From Moniliella sp. 'wahieum' (Eukaryota): a DNA stretch of 64,000 bases. Below are positions 13,767 to 25,750 of this stretch, piece by piece. Both the position numbers and the translations under genes were made by a program. Where the stretch lies: contig RSEE01000007.1 in NCBI GenBank assembly GCA_003971905.1, positions 186,001 to 250,000 on the forward strand, in the 5' to 3' direction. The stretch's first letter is position 1. Every line of letters starts with the position of its first letter. Under the pieces are notes generated by a model, which worked only from the letters and a program-made list of their open reading frames with translations, searched no databases and was not told the origin of the DNA.

Positions 13767-14502
13767 GCATAGGGCGTGCTGGTCACGCCTGATGCCCTAC
13801 TACCCCTACTACCCCTACTACCCCCCGCCCCCCCTTCTCCCCCTTGTTGCACGTTCCTTGTGTTCTATGTCATTGTGATGATACAGTTGCATGCACACAC
13901 GCAAACTCACTCTGTTTGCACCCCCCCCCCCCCCCCTCCCGCCTCCACGTGAGCACTGCCCATTGGATGCCCCGGTTTCTTCCCTTGTTCCCCCTCAAGC
14001 CCCGCCGGGGCTTTTGCTCCCCCCCGCCCCTCTTTTCCCACTGCGTCACGGTTTTTCTTCCTTCCACCCGCGAGGATGTCGATGCCGTTGGGCTGGCTGT
14101 GTCATCGCTCTGCGCTTCTTGTTCACCTCTGTACCCTCTTGTCACTCGCTCGCTGAACCAGCGTTCACGGCTGTCCTGTTTCCGCTCCCCCTCTACCCAA
14201 GCTGCCGCGCCCCGGAGCACCTGGCACTTTTATTCCTATGCACACCCTTCGGAGAGGGGGGGCTGGACCCCTCCTTCCTGCTAGAGATGGCTTCAATCCA
14301 TGCATTTGCTCCCGGACTCGGCTCGTCGTGCTCGTGTAGTTCACCTCCGGTTACAAGTTGTAGCGCTCTGGCGATCCTGCCGTTCGATGCGCCCCAAGCT
14401 CAAACCCACAACTGAGGCAGAAAAGATGAAAGAGCGCAGCAATGATGACGTAATTTGCACCGATCCCCCCATGGGTGAATTTGAACCGGCGCGCCGCAGG
14501 GC

Positions 14503-14515
14503 AAAACTTTTTTTC
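14503..14515 (+). promoter_or_regulatory. RRPE-like element upstream of PNO1
   Basis: AAAACTTTTTTTC about 45 bp upstream of the ATG of a ribosome-biogenesis gene; one mismatch to the AAAAWTTTT consensus. Confidence 0.3.
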
Positions 14516-14554
14516 CCCGCCTGAGCGCCGCCTCCTCCCCTAAAGTCAACCACC

Positions 14555-15557
14555 ATGGACGCCGCATTCACCCCGGTCAGCTACAAAAACAAGAAGGGTC
14601 AAGCCCCACCCAGCTCTTCCACCGCCGCTATCAAAGGCAAGGGAAAGGCTGCCAAAAAGGGATCCAAGGCCGCAGGATCCGCCTCCCAAGATACCATGGA
14701 CGCCGAGGCGGCGGAGGACCGGGAAGACTTGGCTGCGCCCACAATGGAGGTGGACGAAGAGGAGGAGGAGTTGCTAGTGATGCCGCGTGAGCCACTTGGA
14801 TCAGGGGGGCCCGCAGTGGCTGGTGCCGATGGAGAGAGCATGGAGGTGGATGCTGAGACCGCTGGGGTGACGTTTAAGCCCGTGTCGCGGGCGGCGCAGG
14901 CGGAAGCTGAATCGGTGGCGCGTGGTCAGCTGCGTCGGATCCCCATCCCGCCGCACCGCATGACCCCGCTCAAGAAGGACTGGTCCAAGATTTTTGTTCC
15001 GCTGGTCGAGCAGGCTGGGCTGCAGGTACGGATGAACTTGAAGCGCAAGGCTGTCGAGATCAAGTCTTCGTCGCACACGCCCGAGGTGGGGTTGTTGCAA
15101 AAGGCTGCGGATTTCGTCAAGGCGTATGCGATGGGCTTTGAGGCGGACGATGCGGTGGCGTTGTTGCGGATGGACGATTTGTTTGTGGATTCGTTTGAGA
15201 TTAAAGACGTCAAGACGTTGACGGGCGACCATCTTTCGCGGGCCATTGGCCGGATTGCTGGCAAAGATGGCCGGACACGGTTTGCGATTGAAAATGCATC
15301 GCGCACCCGCGTCGTTGTGGCCGATACCAAGATTCACATCCTCGGTTCCTTCCAGAACATTCGCATTGCCCGTGATGCCATTGTTTCCCTCATCATGGGG
15401 AGCCCACCGGGCAAGGTATACAACAACGTATGTTGGAACCCCACTCCCTTCTCCCTTTGTCGTTTGGACCTAATACCATACTAACATGTTCCCTTATTCT
15501 TTTTTTGACCACTTGCAGCTTAAAGTGGTCAGCAGCCGGATGCGCCAGCGCGCATAA
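14555..15557 (+). CDS. PNO1: Pre-rRNA processing KH-domain protein Pno1/Dim2
   Basis: RRIPIPPHRMTPLKKDWSKIF, GDHLSRAIGRIAGKDGRTRFAIENASRTRVV and LIMGSPPGKVY. Intron 15428-15518 (GTATGT, CTAAC branch, CAG), then LKVVSSRMRQRA*. Confidence 0.96.
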
Positions 15558-16287
15558 CGTCTGTATGGCTTTGTTTTGACTCGCCCTGCATGTACTGCCC
15601 TCTTCCTATCACATGATCATCTACTTGACCCTCTCGTTAACCAGGCATTCTCCTGGTTTGTAGACCGAGGTATCCGCCCTCTCATTTCTTACTTCAAATG
15701 CAAGCTAAGTAGGGGGAGTCGAGGCTGGAGCTACGGTATTGTAGCGTAAGGTGGAAATACTGAATCGGCCTCATGACCATGAGGCTTTAGTACGCTTGCC
15801 CATGTCATGCTTAAAGCTCCAAGGCGACTGTATGGGGAAGAAAGGTATGAAATGCTAACCCCTGGACAAAAGATGGAGATGGAGAAAAGAGAAGGGAGGA
15901 GGGGGTTGGCTTGACAGCATTGATGGGAGGCAAACAACCCTTCTGTTACGAAAGGGTCTGGAACTAACAAAGCAAGGACGAGATAGAGATCCTGGTGAGG
16001 ATTGGCTTGAGACGGATAGGTTGGTGAACTCGAGGGGAGATATGATGACGAAGTCGGGGTGGGATTGAAGGGGGCAGAGGGGGGAGCGAGGGAGCTATAG
16101 CGCCTCTGAAGGAACCGAGTGATCGAGCAAAGCAAAGACACAACGTGGTGCATGGGTGGGGACCAATGAAGAGGTTAAAAATGGAGGGGAGAGACGAACG
16201 GAACCAGTCGGCCATCAAAGGCCGAGAGGAAGCAGGTCGGACCGCTTTCGCACTAGGTGCTCACTCGTTCCAGGGGGTCGATCCCCT

Positions 16288-18207
16288 CTAAACTGCAGGC
16301 TCGCCCTGTTCGAGAAGGACAACAAGACGCTGAGCCAAATTGGCAATCTCTGCCTCGGCACCTTGATCGTCGGAGCCCGAATTAGAAGGCACGATGGAGC
16401 TGCCTGCTGGCGAGCCTGCCAGTTCGCCGTCCTCTTCCCCTCGACCCGGGCGCCAGTGGCAGAAGAAGAGGATGGGACAAAGGCCAGCTGGCGAACCAAG
16501 GGCAATATTTTCTTTGACAGGCGGAAGTGGGCGTTCAGTTCGTGATCGTTGCCCTCGAGTAATTGGAGAATAGTCCAGACAGCAATGTGTTGGAAGGTCG
16601 AGTCGCCGCTTTCAAGGAAGCGAACCAAATAGGCTTCCAGCCCCCCTGCCGGATGGTCCCACACTGCATTGAACGGGGCATAATCCTCGCTCTTGCTCGC
16701 CAGGTTTCCCAGCGCAGCGGCCGAATTTCCTTGCACCTCAACTCCGTCACTGGCAGTGAGCGGGATGAGGACCTCGCAGATGCCCATCCCAGCAGCTGGG
16801 CCTTCAGGTCCTCACTCAGCGCGAGCACAGCAATGCATGCTGTCATCTCGCTCTGTACGGCTAAGGGACGTGCAGAACCAGCTGCTTAATCCTCTGCACC
16901 GCACCCGCAGCAACAATCTCAGCCTTGTTGCGCTCGCTGCTGGCAGCGAGGTTGCGCAAGGTGGAAATGGCATGGCACTGGATCTCCTCATTGTCGTCAT
17001 GGCTCAAGAGTTGGATCAGAGGGGGCAGGAAGCCAGCCTCGATGATCGGAGACTCATTGTGCGGGTCAATCGACACATTGCGCACACACGCCGCTGCCGA
17101 GAGGATCAGAGGCAGAAAGGAAGTCTGGAGCAGACGCAACAAGTGAGGCAGGCCTCCAAATTGAACAATCTCAATTTGGTATTGCTCGTCGCTGGCCAGG
17201 TTACGCAAGGCCAATGCGGCTTGACATTGGACACGGAGGCTGTTGCTGTCCATCAAGCCAATCAGTCGCTTAACGAGCGTTGGTTGCGTCTCAGCGAGCT
17301 TCCTCCGTTGTCTGCATCGACAGCAATGTTGCTGAGAGCGGTAGTGCAGTAGTACTGCACGTCCACGTCGCTGCTGGCCAAGAGGTTGACCAGGGCTGGT
17401 ATGGCGCCGGCGCGGACCAGCTCGTACCGGTTCTCGTCGCTGTGGGTCATATTGAGCAGGGCGCCTGTCGCGTTGCGCTGCACGCGTGGGTCCTTGGACG
17501 TCTGGGCTAGCCGAGTGAGTGGGACAAGCGCGCCCGATTTGGCAATCTTTCTTGTTCTCGTCATGGGTGGCGAGGTTCGTGATACACCCGACGGCGTTGC
17601 ACTGAACCTCCACATTTGGGCTGAGCATTTGCCGGACCAGCGGCTCGAGTCCGCCCATGCGCACGATCAGCAACTTATTCTCCGCTGTAGAGCCAAGCGC
17701 GGGTCAGTACGGTCCAGGCATAGATCAGTGACTAGTGCCGTAACAAGGGGAAAACGAAACCCAACGTACTGTTCACAGCCAGGTTACCCAGTGCCGCACT
17801 TGCCGCCCCTGCACCTCCACATCGTGGCTCTTGAGCAGCAGCATGAGCGGCTTGAACGTCTCTGGCCCAACTTCACGCACATCCTTCTCGGTGATCTCGG
17901 CAAAGGCCAGCGCTGCACTGCGCTGGAGGTCAACATTGTCGCTGTACGCGAGCGTTGTTAATGCCTGCGCGGCTCTCCTTGGAAAAAGTCGGTCTCTGTC
18001 CGGTCTGAGCAGATGGGCATCGTCAGAAAGGTCCAACCGGTCGGGTGCCAGGCCAGGAGAGAAGAGAGGAGAGGAGGAAGAGAGAGAACGGAACAGCAAC
18101 GTACTCTCAAGGTATTGGAGCAGATCGGCAACTGCATCGCGTTCATTGTCGAGCAGCAGAGGTTCGTACTGGCGCCGCGTGCAGCCGCAACTGCAAAGGT
18201 TGCCCAT
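16288..18207 (-). CDS. VAC8: Vacuolar armadillo-repeat protein Vac8
   Basis: MGNLCSCGC (myristoyl/palmitoyl N-terminus), [97 protein letters not shown] and [14 protein letters not shown]. Introns near 18040-18104 and 17685-17770. Confidence 0.96.
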
Positions 18208-20248
18208 TTGCGCGTAAAGGAAAGAAGGAAAGGGGAGGGGTGCACAGAGAAGAAAAGACGAGGCAAGGCAAAGCAAGACAGGACACGGCACACAGGCTCG
18301 GAGAGCGCCAGAAAGAGAAAGACAGGACGCAGCAGGGGCGGAACGACCGAGGGAGGCTGCGGCGAGGGCGCGGGGGGTGAGGCGATGAGGGGGCTGGGAA
18401 AGAGATATGGGCGTCTGCGCAACTGGGAGATAAGGTGAGGCGAGGCAGGCAGGCGGTGACGTCGGCGAGGCCGATGATCGAGGAGGCCGTGAGGCTGTGA
18501 GGCCTGTGGCCGAGTGTTCAGTTCAAGCGGAAGGTTGAACGCCAACGATGAACGTTCAACTTGAACGTTCAGTCGCGTCGAATCGCTTGGGCGCGGCGGC
18601 GACGGCAAAACCAACCGCACATGCCCATTCTCACACTGCCCCCCGGCCATGCTGTCGCACACAGCCATCCCAAAGCGCCTCAGCGCCTCGGCAGTGCCTC
18701 CGCCCTGATATGTGCTACCAGCACCCACACCCCCCCACTGCACGAAACCAATCAGGGCACACTGGCCCGAGGCTTCACTTAATCACTAGCACTATCATTA
18801 AGACGGTCAAAGACGACCCCAACATACAGGAGGGGGATGTGGATTCCCTTCCACAGGCATGAACAAAATGGAAGATGCGCATGCACACACAGATAGCACA
18901 CATGCGTTGATGACATCTGGGTCATGATGGCCCTGGAGAGGATGAGAGGATGAAAATCAAAAGCAATCGTACTAGTGGTGGTGGTGTTCGAGCTCGCAAC
19001 CAACAACACCTATTATGTACCCAGATGGACATCAAGCAGCCAGTTGCCACAGGGTCTGTGGCTTTGAAAGGGAAGACATAAGTGTGGAGCTTTGTTCACA
19101 CTCGTGATGATAGAGTATCATTAATCATTGGTACAGGCACTGCAGAGGGAGGAGAGCTGGCGTGGGGAGGCTCCTTCGGCGTATGGGGTTTCGCGTCTGC
19201 TTCAGATGTGCGCTCTTCATTTACCTCGTCTGGGTTGGGTGCAGACGATAGCCGTCTGGCTTCGTCTCGGTATGAGCGTCGTCTGCAGATATTATAGCGT
19301 TCTGTGTGTACTTTTGGTCATGACCGGTCCAGCCTTTTTGAGAGTTTCTTCACCCCGTCTCGTGGACCACACAACGGCATTACCCTATGTTTGGCATTTG
19401 ACACACATTTGCATCTATTGACCACATGGCGCATGCTGCCTTTGTGCTCGGTCCTCTTGGATGGGGTCCAATGACCTTTGTTCTCTCGTCTCGTTGGTAT
19501 TAAAGGTGCGTAGCCCCAATGATGATGGCTGGCGCATGATGTCTTCTCCTTGATAGACACAGTGTCTGTGCCTTGCGAAACAACAGAGTGGGTGTGCTGT
19601 ACTTGAGCCTCAGGATGATGATTGGGGATTCGTCCCTTTTGCCGGCAAGACGGAATTCTTGCAACGTCAGTGTGGAGCTTCTGTGCTGATGGGGGTCTGG
19701 CCGCCGCGTGTGATTATAATACGAAGAGAGCTTCTCTCCTGGGGTGAGTTGGCTGGTCACTTCTCTTCTTGCTTTGAGAGAGGTTCGGTGGCGTACGGAT
19801 TGGTTGTCCGGTACCATCATGATGTTGCTGCGCTGAGGCGTGACAGACTTGATGCGTCTTGCTGGGTGTCTTCCTCGTAATAGGCACACTGGTATATCTA
19901 CTTCGACAACAAGTGACCCTGAGGCTGCGCCCTCAGTGAGGGGACTGTGGCCACGAGAGCCACACAGGCCGCAAGCCGACGGATGAGGCCAAACAGGATC
20001 GATGCGGATGCGCAACGGCCCCCCGAGGCAGCAGTAGGGTTGACGAAATTAGGCCGGTGGAAAGGCCCAGCACGGGGGCAGTGCTGCGGGGAATCCAGCG
20101 GGCAGTGGCTCGCGGCACGCGGTGGAGACTCTCGGTGGTGTCTGAAGCGCTGAGCGGCTGCGTCTCCGCCACCACCACCACATCGCCTCTCCCGCCCCCA
20201 TCCTCCTCTGCCTCCGCTTCCCCGCCGCTCCCCGAACCATTTGCGAAG

Positions 20249-23213
20249 ATGCCGCGCCGTACCCCGCATTCTACTGGCCGTTCCGAGTCGCCCGCCATCC
20301 CGCCGGCGCTCAATCCCACCACTGGGTCGCCCTTTCCGCCCCTCGGTCTGAGTGCCGCATTAGCTTCTTCCGACCCCCGTGCCCGCAGAAGTGCCGACAC
20401 CCCGCCCGCCGTCAATCGCTGGGCGACTGCCCTCCCTTCGAGTCTTGGTGCAGCCGCAGCGGCCAAGGAGCATAACCATGTCCATGACGCCCTTGCATCC
20501 CACAACGGGCTGCCGCCGCCGCCGTCGCAGATCGACCTTTCCCAGGCTCTGAGGATCCGCCTTCAGGATGCCGTATGGTCAGATGAAGACGAAGAAGATA
20601 TGGAGTGTCCCCTTTGTCTGGAGGAGATTGACATTACGGATTCCAACTTCAAGCCTTGCCCATGCGGCTACCGCGTATGTCCCCTTTCCTCACTCTCCCA
20701 ACCATGCCAGTAAAAACTGACCCTTGAAAACCTCTGCACTAGATCTGCCGCTTTTGTTGGCACAACATCATGCAGACTTCAATGGTCTCTGTCCTGCGTG
20801 CCGGCGCAAGTACAGCGAGGATCAGGTCGAGTTCACCCCGATGAGCAATGAGGAGATCAAGCATCTGAGTCAGGTCAGAAACAACGCGAGAGGGAGAAGA
20901 AGGAGCTGGAGATTGAACCGCACCCGGCTCGCCAACTCCCGTATCGTGCAGCGCAACCTTGTTACGTGACGGGCTGAGCTCCAAACTGGCAACCGAGGAT
21001 ATGATCCCGACCCTTAAGTCTCACGACTACTTTGGGCAATATGGGCGCAGTCATCATTGAGATCAGTCGGCGCCAGTCCAAGAGCAAGCTCGTGATGGGC
21101 ACACAGGACACATCAATCGGTGTCTATGTGACCTATCAGCGGCGCGAAGATGCTGCCGGGCGATTGTCTCGATTGATGGGACCAAGAGTGCAGACGGTAG
21201 AACGATCCATGCAAGCTATGGGACGAAAAGTACTGCACCAACTATCTGCGTGGCCTGCCGTGCCAGAAGATGGACTGCACCTTGCTGCACGAACCGGCGG
21301 ACGAGATGGACACGTTTACTAAGGAAGACTTGCACCATCTCCGCCCTCCTGCTTCAGATACGGACAAGGTCCGGACAGTGGTCAACCAATCCAAACAAGA
21401 GCTTCTCACCTCCTGGGGCGCACCCATTGATCGTCCCCGGCGCCTCCCCCAGCGCATTTACCTGCTCCCCCCACTCCTGCTGCCATCCTACAAGCCGCGC
21501 ATCATGCTCAAAGTCATCTCCGTCCCACTCGCCCCACCCGCCTGCACACCTGAACCCCCACACTCATCTTCACGATGGAGAGAGTGGTGGAACAGCGTTA
21601 CCCAAAACGGCCTCTTGGGGTTCGGGTGGCGGGCTTCCCGTTCGTCCTGCCGTCAATGGCGTGACTACCCCCGGGGGCTTGCGTCAGGAGGAACTCCCTC
21701 TCTTTCGGCTGCCTTGGCTCACTCTCAGGCATCTCAGGCAACGGCCCAACAGCCGAAGAAGCAGCGTGTGGCCAAGAAGGATGCTGCTAAGGATACGCCC
21801 CAAGACTCAAGTCCTTGCCAGCCCCAACCTCAAGAAAGAGGAGGCAGCCGCTTCCCCAGCTAAACCGTCGCTGGCTGATGTGGTCAAAGTTAAGAATTCG
21901 CCCAAACCAAGCTTGTAGCAGCCCAACCTCCTGGTCTGCCTTGCCCTCCGGTGAGCCCGCTGCCCCCGTCCCGGAGGAGCATGGTTCGGAGCCTGCTGCG
22001 ACCCGTACCACGCTCTCACCAAGGCTGAGGTCCGTACAGGCCGGATGCCCCTGGATGTGGATGTGGACGAGACGGTTGAGGCATTGGCTTCATATTTCAT
22101 CGGTGATGAGAATGACTTGACGTTCTCGCTGGACAGCAACAGAAGCAAGAAACGTTGGCTATCAAGGATGACCTCACCAATATTGCAGTCTCCCGTCATG
22201 GCATGCGATTGGTTTGGCCGCACTGGGATTGGTACAATTACTGGGTTTGGGTCGTTGAGTGCGCTGAACGGGACACTGCACGTGGGCCCTACAGTCTTGG
22301 ACCAAGCGCCATCTTCATTGTTGGTCGAGAGTGGCCCGATGGGTTCGTCGCATTTCGCTTACCGAGGACGATTGACCCCTACGCTTCGCTCACCTTCGGC
22401 AAGCTGGAGCCCAAGAGGCCGAGCGCCGGTCCCCCTTATGGGCAAGGATGATGGAGATGCGTCCGGCTTGGCTCTGGACCCGGCCACATCGCGCGTGATG
22501 AGCGGGCTGTATCCCCGTCGGGGCGACGAGACCAGCTCGCCGCAGCAGGTGAGTGCCAATGCCCAATACCTCCAGCAGATGTACCGCTGGCAAAACCAGC
22601 AGCAAGCGGCCAAAAACACATCTTGGTTTGAGGGTGCCCCACAAAACGGCTCAACAGCAAGCCTGGGCCGAGGCGCAGGCAGTGCAGCAAGCTCAGCAGG
22701 TCCAGGCCAGGGCTGCGATGCTGGGCCAATCCCCGCTGTAGGGGCGGCCCAGGCGCATGCCCAAGCCCAGGCTCAGTCTCAAGCACAGGCCCAAGCTCAA
22801 GCACAGGCCCAGGCTCAGGCCCAGGCTCAGGCTCAGGCGGCTCAAGCTCAAGCTCAGGCCCAGGCCAGGCGGCTCAAGCCCAAGCTCAAGCCCAAGGCGG
22901 CAACCAACTCCTTGCCCAGATTCTGGCCGCTGCCTCTTCGCAGCCGCAAAAGGGACCCTATGGGTACGGCGGAAACGCAGGCGAGGGGCCTTACTACGAC
23001 CCTAGCATGCTCGGGATGGCCCGGCAACCTCCTCCCGGAATTCCATCGCGGGTTGGGGGGATGCAAGGGTTGAGCCCTGCCCAGGCGCAGGTGATGTACC
23101 GTGGTGCGCCCTCGAATGTCGCCGGGATCGGAGTTCCCCTCCCGGGACAAGGGTCGGAAATGATGCCGCCAGGCTTGCGCGCGGATGGCCGGATACCGAT
23201 GGGCATGTCCTAA
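20249..23213 (+). CDS. NOT4: CCR4-NOT E3 ubiquitin ligase subunit Not4/Mot2
   Basis: C4C4 RING ECPLCLEEIDITDSNFKPCPCGYR|ICRFCW..GLCPACRRKY (intron 20675-20742), RRM (RIVQRNLV..YFGQYG..IGVYVTYQRREDA), a Cys/His finger (C..LHEP) and a long low-complexity tail. Confidence 0.93.
22747..22895 (+). repeat. Coding (Gln-Ala)n repeat in the Not4 tail
   Basis: Degenerate CAGGCN/CAAGCN hexamer array encoding AQAHAQAQAQSQAQAQ... Confidence 0.85.
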
Positions 23214-25693
23214 AGATCCTAACCCCCGTCCTGTGGCCGGGGGAGCGCGGCACCCCACAAACCAAACCATCCTAAGTACATATGGTCTCAACAGCGCTTC
23301 GCTCCACATTCGTTGTCCCGTGTGACGCTTGTTATTGGCCTGCCTCCGTTTTTGTCGGGCCGAGATGCTCCCACAATTGTATACTTTTTCCTTGGTATAT
23401 CGCGTATCCATTCGCTGCCGCCTTCTACAAAGCCTTCCTCATAGATCTAGATGCTTGGTAGTTATTCGGCAGCCAACCTACTCGTACCCCCATTTTTTCC
23501 CCCATACAATCTCTGGATTTCATACCAGTAGTACACCCTCCTAGAAAGCAGGATCAGAAGAGGAGTTTGCAGCACCCCCTGGAGGAAAAAGTCGCCTTCT
23601 TCGCCTTGTCGCTACATGTGGAGACCAAGCACATGGTCTAACAAATCTGCCCAGAAGGGGGAGAACTTTCAACTGAGGGTCCACTTCACATATCACCGTA
23701 GTAGCTAGCTACGTGTATCTGACAACGCTTAAGCTACTTAAAAGGGCTGGGACAAAAAAATGAAACGCTGGCGCCTGGCTAAACCGACCTGGTGATGCCA
23801 ACAACCAGTGTGTTGCTTGTTGGCGCCAAACCTGTCTAGGAACCAGAGGAACCGCCAGCAGATCAGGACCCTCTGGCGCCCCCCATCCGAGCGGGCAACC
23901 CGGAGAACCATCTCCATTGAGACTCAGTATAATAGTAACTCATTCCGGTTTCCAAAAACATCTTTGCTCTCGCCGCCTTGGTGCCATAGTTAGATGCTCT
24001 CGCGTCGTCATAAGCAAAGGGAAGAAAGGTCGCGAGTGCGGCCCTGTGGTAGTTGGCGTTCTTGTTGCATTCTTCTTGTTCCAACAGCCAAGCAGCTCCC
24101 CGGCCTGTTCCAAAGGCGTTGCCATGTTCTCGCGTACCACCTTCCGGTACGCACCCATCGCCTCCGCGGCGTTCCCGAGTCCCGTAACATGTGGGTCCAC
24201 CTCCATTCCTGATAGTCCGATTGCACCAAGTCCGATCACTTGGTAGTCAGTACGCGCTGTCTTCCTCCCATGCCTCGTCCCATCCTCTTCATCGACAGCA
24301 GTCGGTTCGTTGTAGATGTGGGTGTCTGGGAGGGAGCGCACGAGTGGATGGAGAATGATGAGCTCTCGTGCCGTATATGTAAAACAGAGACGAGGTCGTT
24401 TTGTAACCGTACCACAGTGTCACGAGCGAAGATGGGCTAGCTAGCTCGTCGGAGCCTATGCGCGCCCTTCGCATTTTCCTAACCCCGACCCCAGGTTAGT
24501 CATCGGATCAGTTTTGTGATCTGATTCGATTGCTGCGGTGGAATCCTGAGTAGGCCCCGTCTGCTCTACCCAACAATAGAGGGTGCTCCAGATTCAAAGC
24601 ACTCTGATCGTAGCTGGCAAGACCGCCAGCGCGGTGACCAGTTCTATACGTATCCGTGCAACAATAGTCGCCTCTTCGTCGCCTCGTTCCCGTTTACCTT
24701 ACCTTGTAGTAGGTTGCCGGAGCGGCAACCGTCCCACTGTTTTCCCTTGTTCCCCCTTCTTCCTCTATTGCGTTGGATCCCAATTGGTCTCTGTCTGTAA
24801 GCAATGGTTCATGGGTTTCCCCCACGGTCCATTGGCGTCTTCTCCTACCGTACTCCCTATTTCATCAACCCAGTACAGGCAACTTCCCCTCTTAGTTGCT
24901 CGTCCGCACCTCGACTTCGTCCTCCAGCTCTCCGTCCTCCAGTCAACCCAGTTCGTGTGAACCCTCCTCATCGTGCCACGTTGATGCCCAGCTCATTTCA
25001 GCCGCGTGTGATCGACGTGATCCTTGTAGCCACGCCGCCCCAGTCCCAGTCCAAATCCAGCTCTGGCAGTGGTTGTCCGCCGCTGCCACTTCCGTCCCTG
25101 AGCCCGAGAAGGCTTCAAACACCGTCTTACTACCGCGCCCAAGCCGGTGTTACGCAGCCTTGCCACACTTGCAGCCCCCTCGACTATACACCGAGACGCC
25201 TCTCCTTGTCCCTAACCCCGCTCAAACCCACCAATCAGTCCAAGCACGTAAATAGCGTGAGTCGACCTTGGACCTTCAAAACAAGGGATTGTACCCCTTA
25301 ACCCCCCGGGGACGCACCCCCTGGCGACGCCCGCCGGTGACATACAGTTCTGACTTAGTAAGTGCGTAGTAAGCAGCGCCGCCGGCGCTGCCGCTGGAGG
25401 CTACACGGGTGAGATGAATCATATCCAATGCTAACAGTCGTAGACGGGAGGACGGTAGCCGACGATGGGACGGTGGACGGGGGGAAACGGTGGCCCAGCA
25501 CCCAAACCGGGCCGTAGGCCCGATGGTCCTCTAGTGGATATATGATGCATCCTTCACAGTATGTCGAAAATTCGAAGCTTGAAGCCAGGCCCATACGCAT
25601 CCAATACATCCAATGTCCAACGCCCTTACTCGCACCCCACATCCTTGCACATCGAGAAAGGCGGAGTCACCACTAGTCACGGTCACATGTGGC

Positions 25694-25750
25694 TAGTAGT
25701 GATTAGTGATTAATGATTAGCGACTAGTGACTAGTGACTAGTGACTAGTG
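25694..25750. repeat. Heptamer array (GACTAGT)4 with degenerate upstream copies
   Basis: GATTAGT GATTAAT GATTAGC followed by four exact GACTAGT (25722-25749). Confidence 0.9.
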
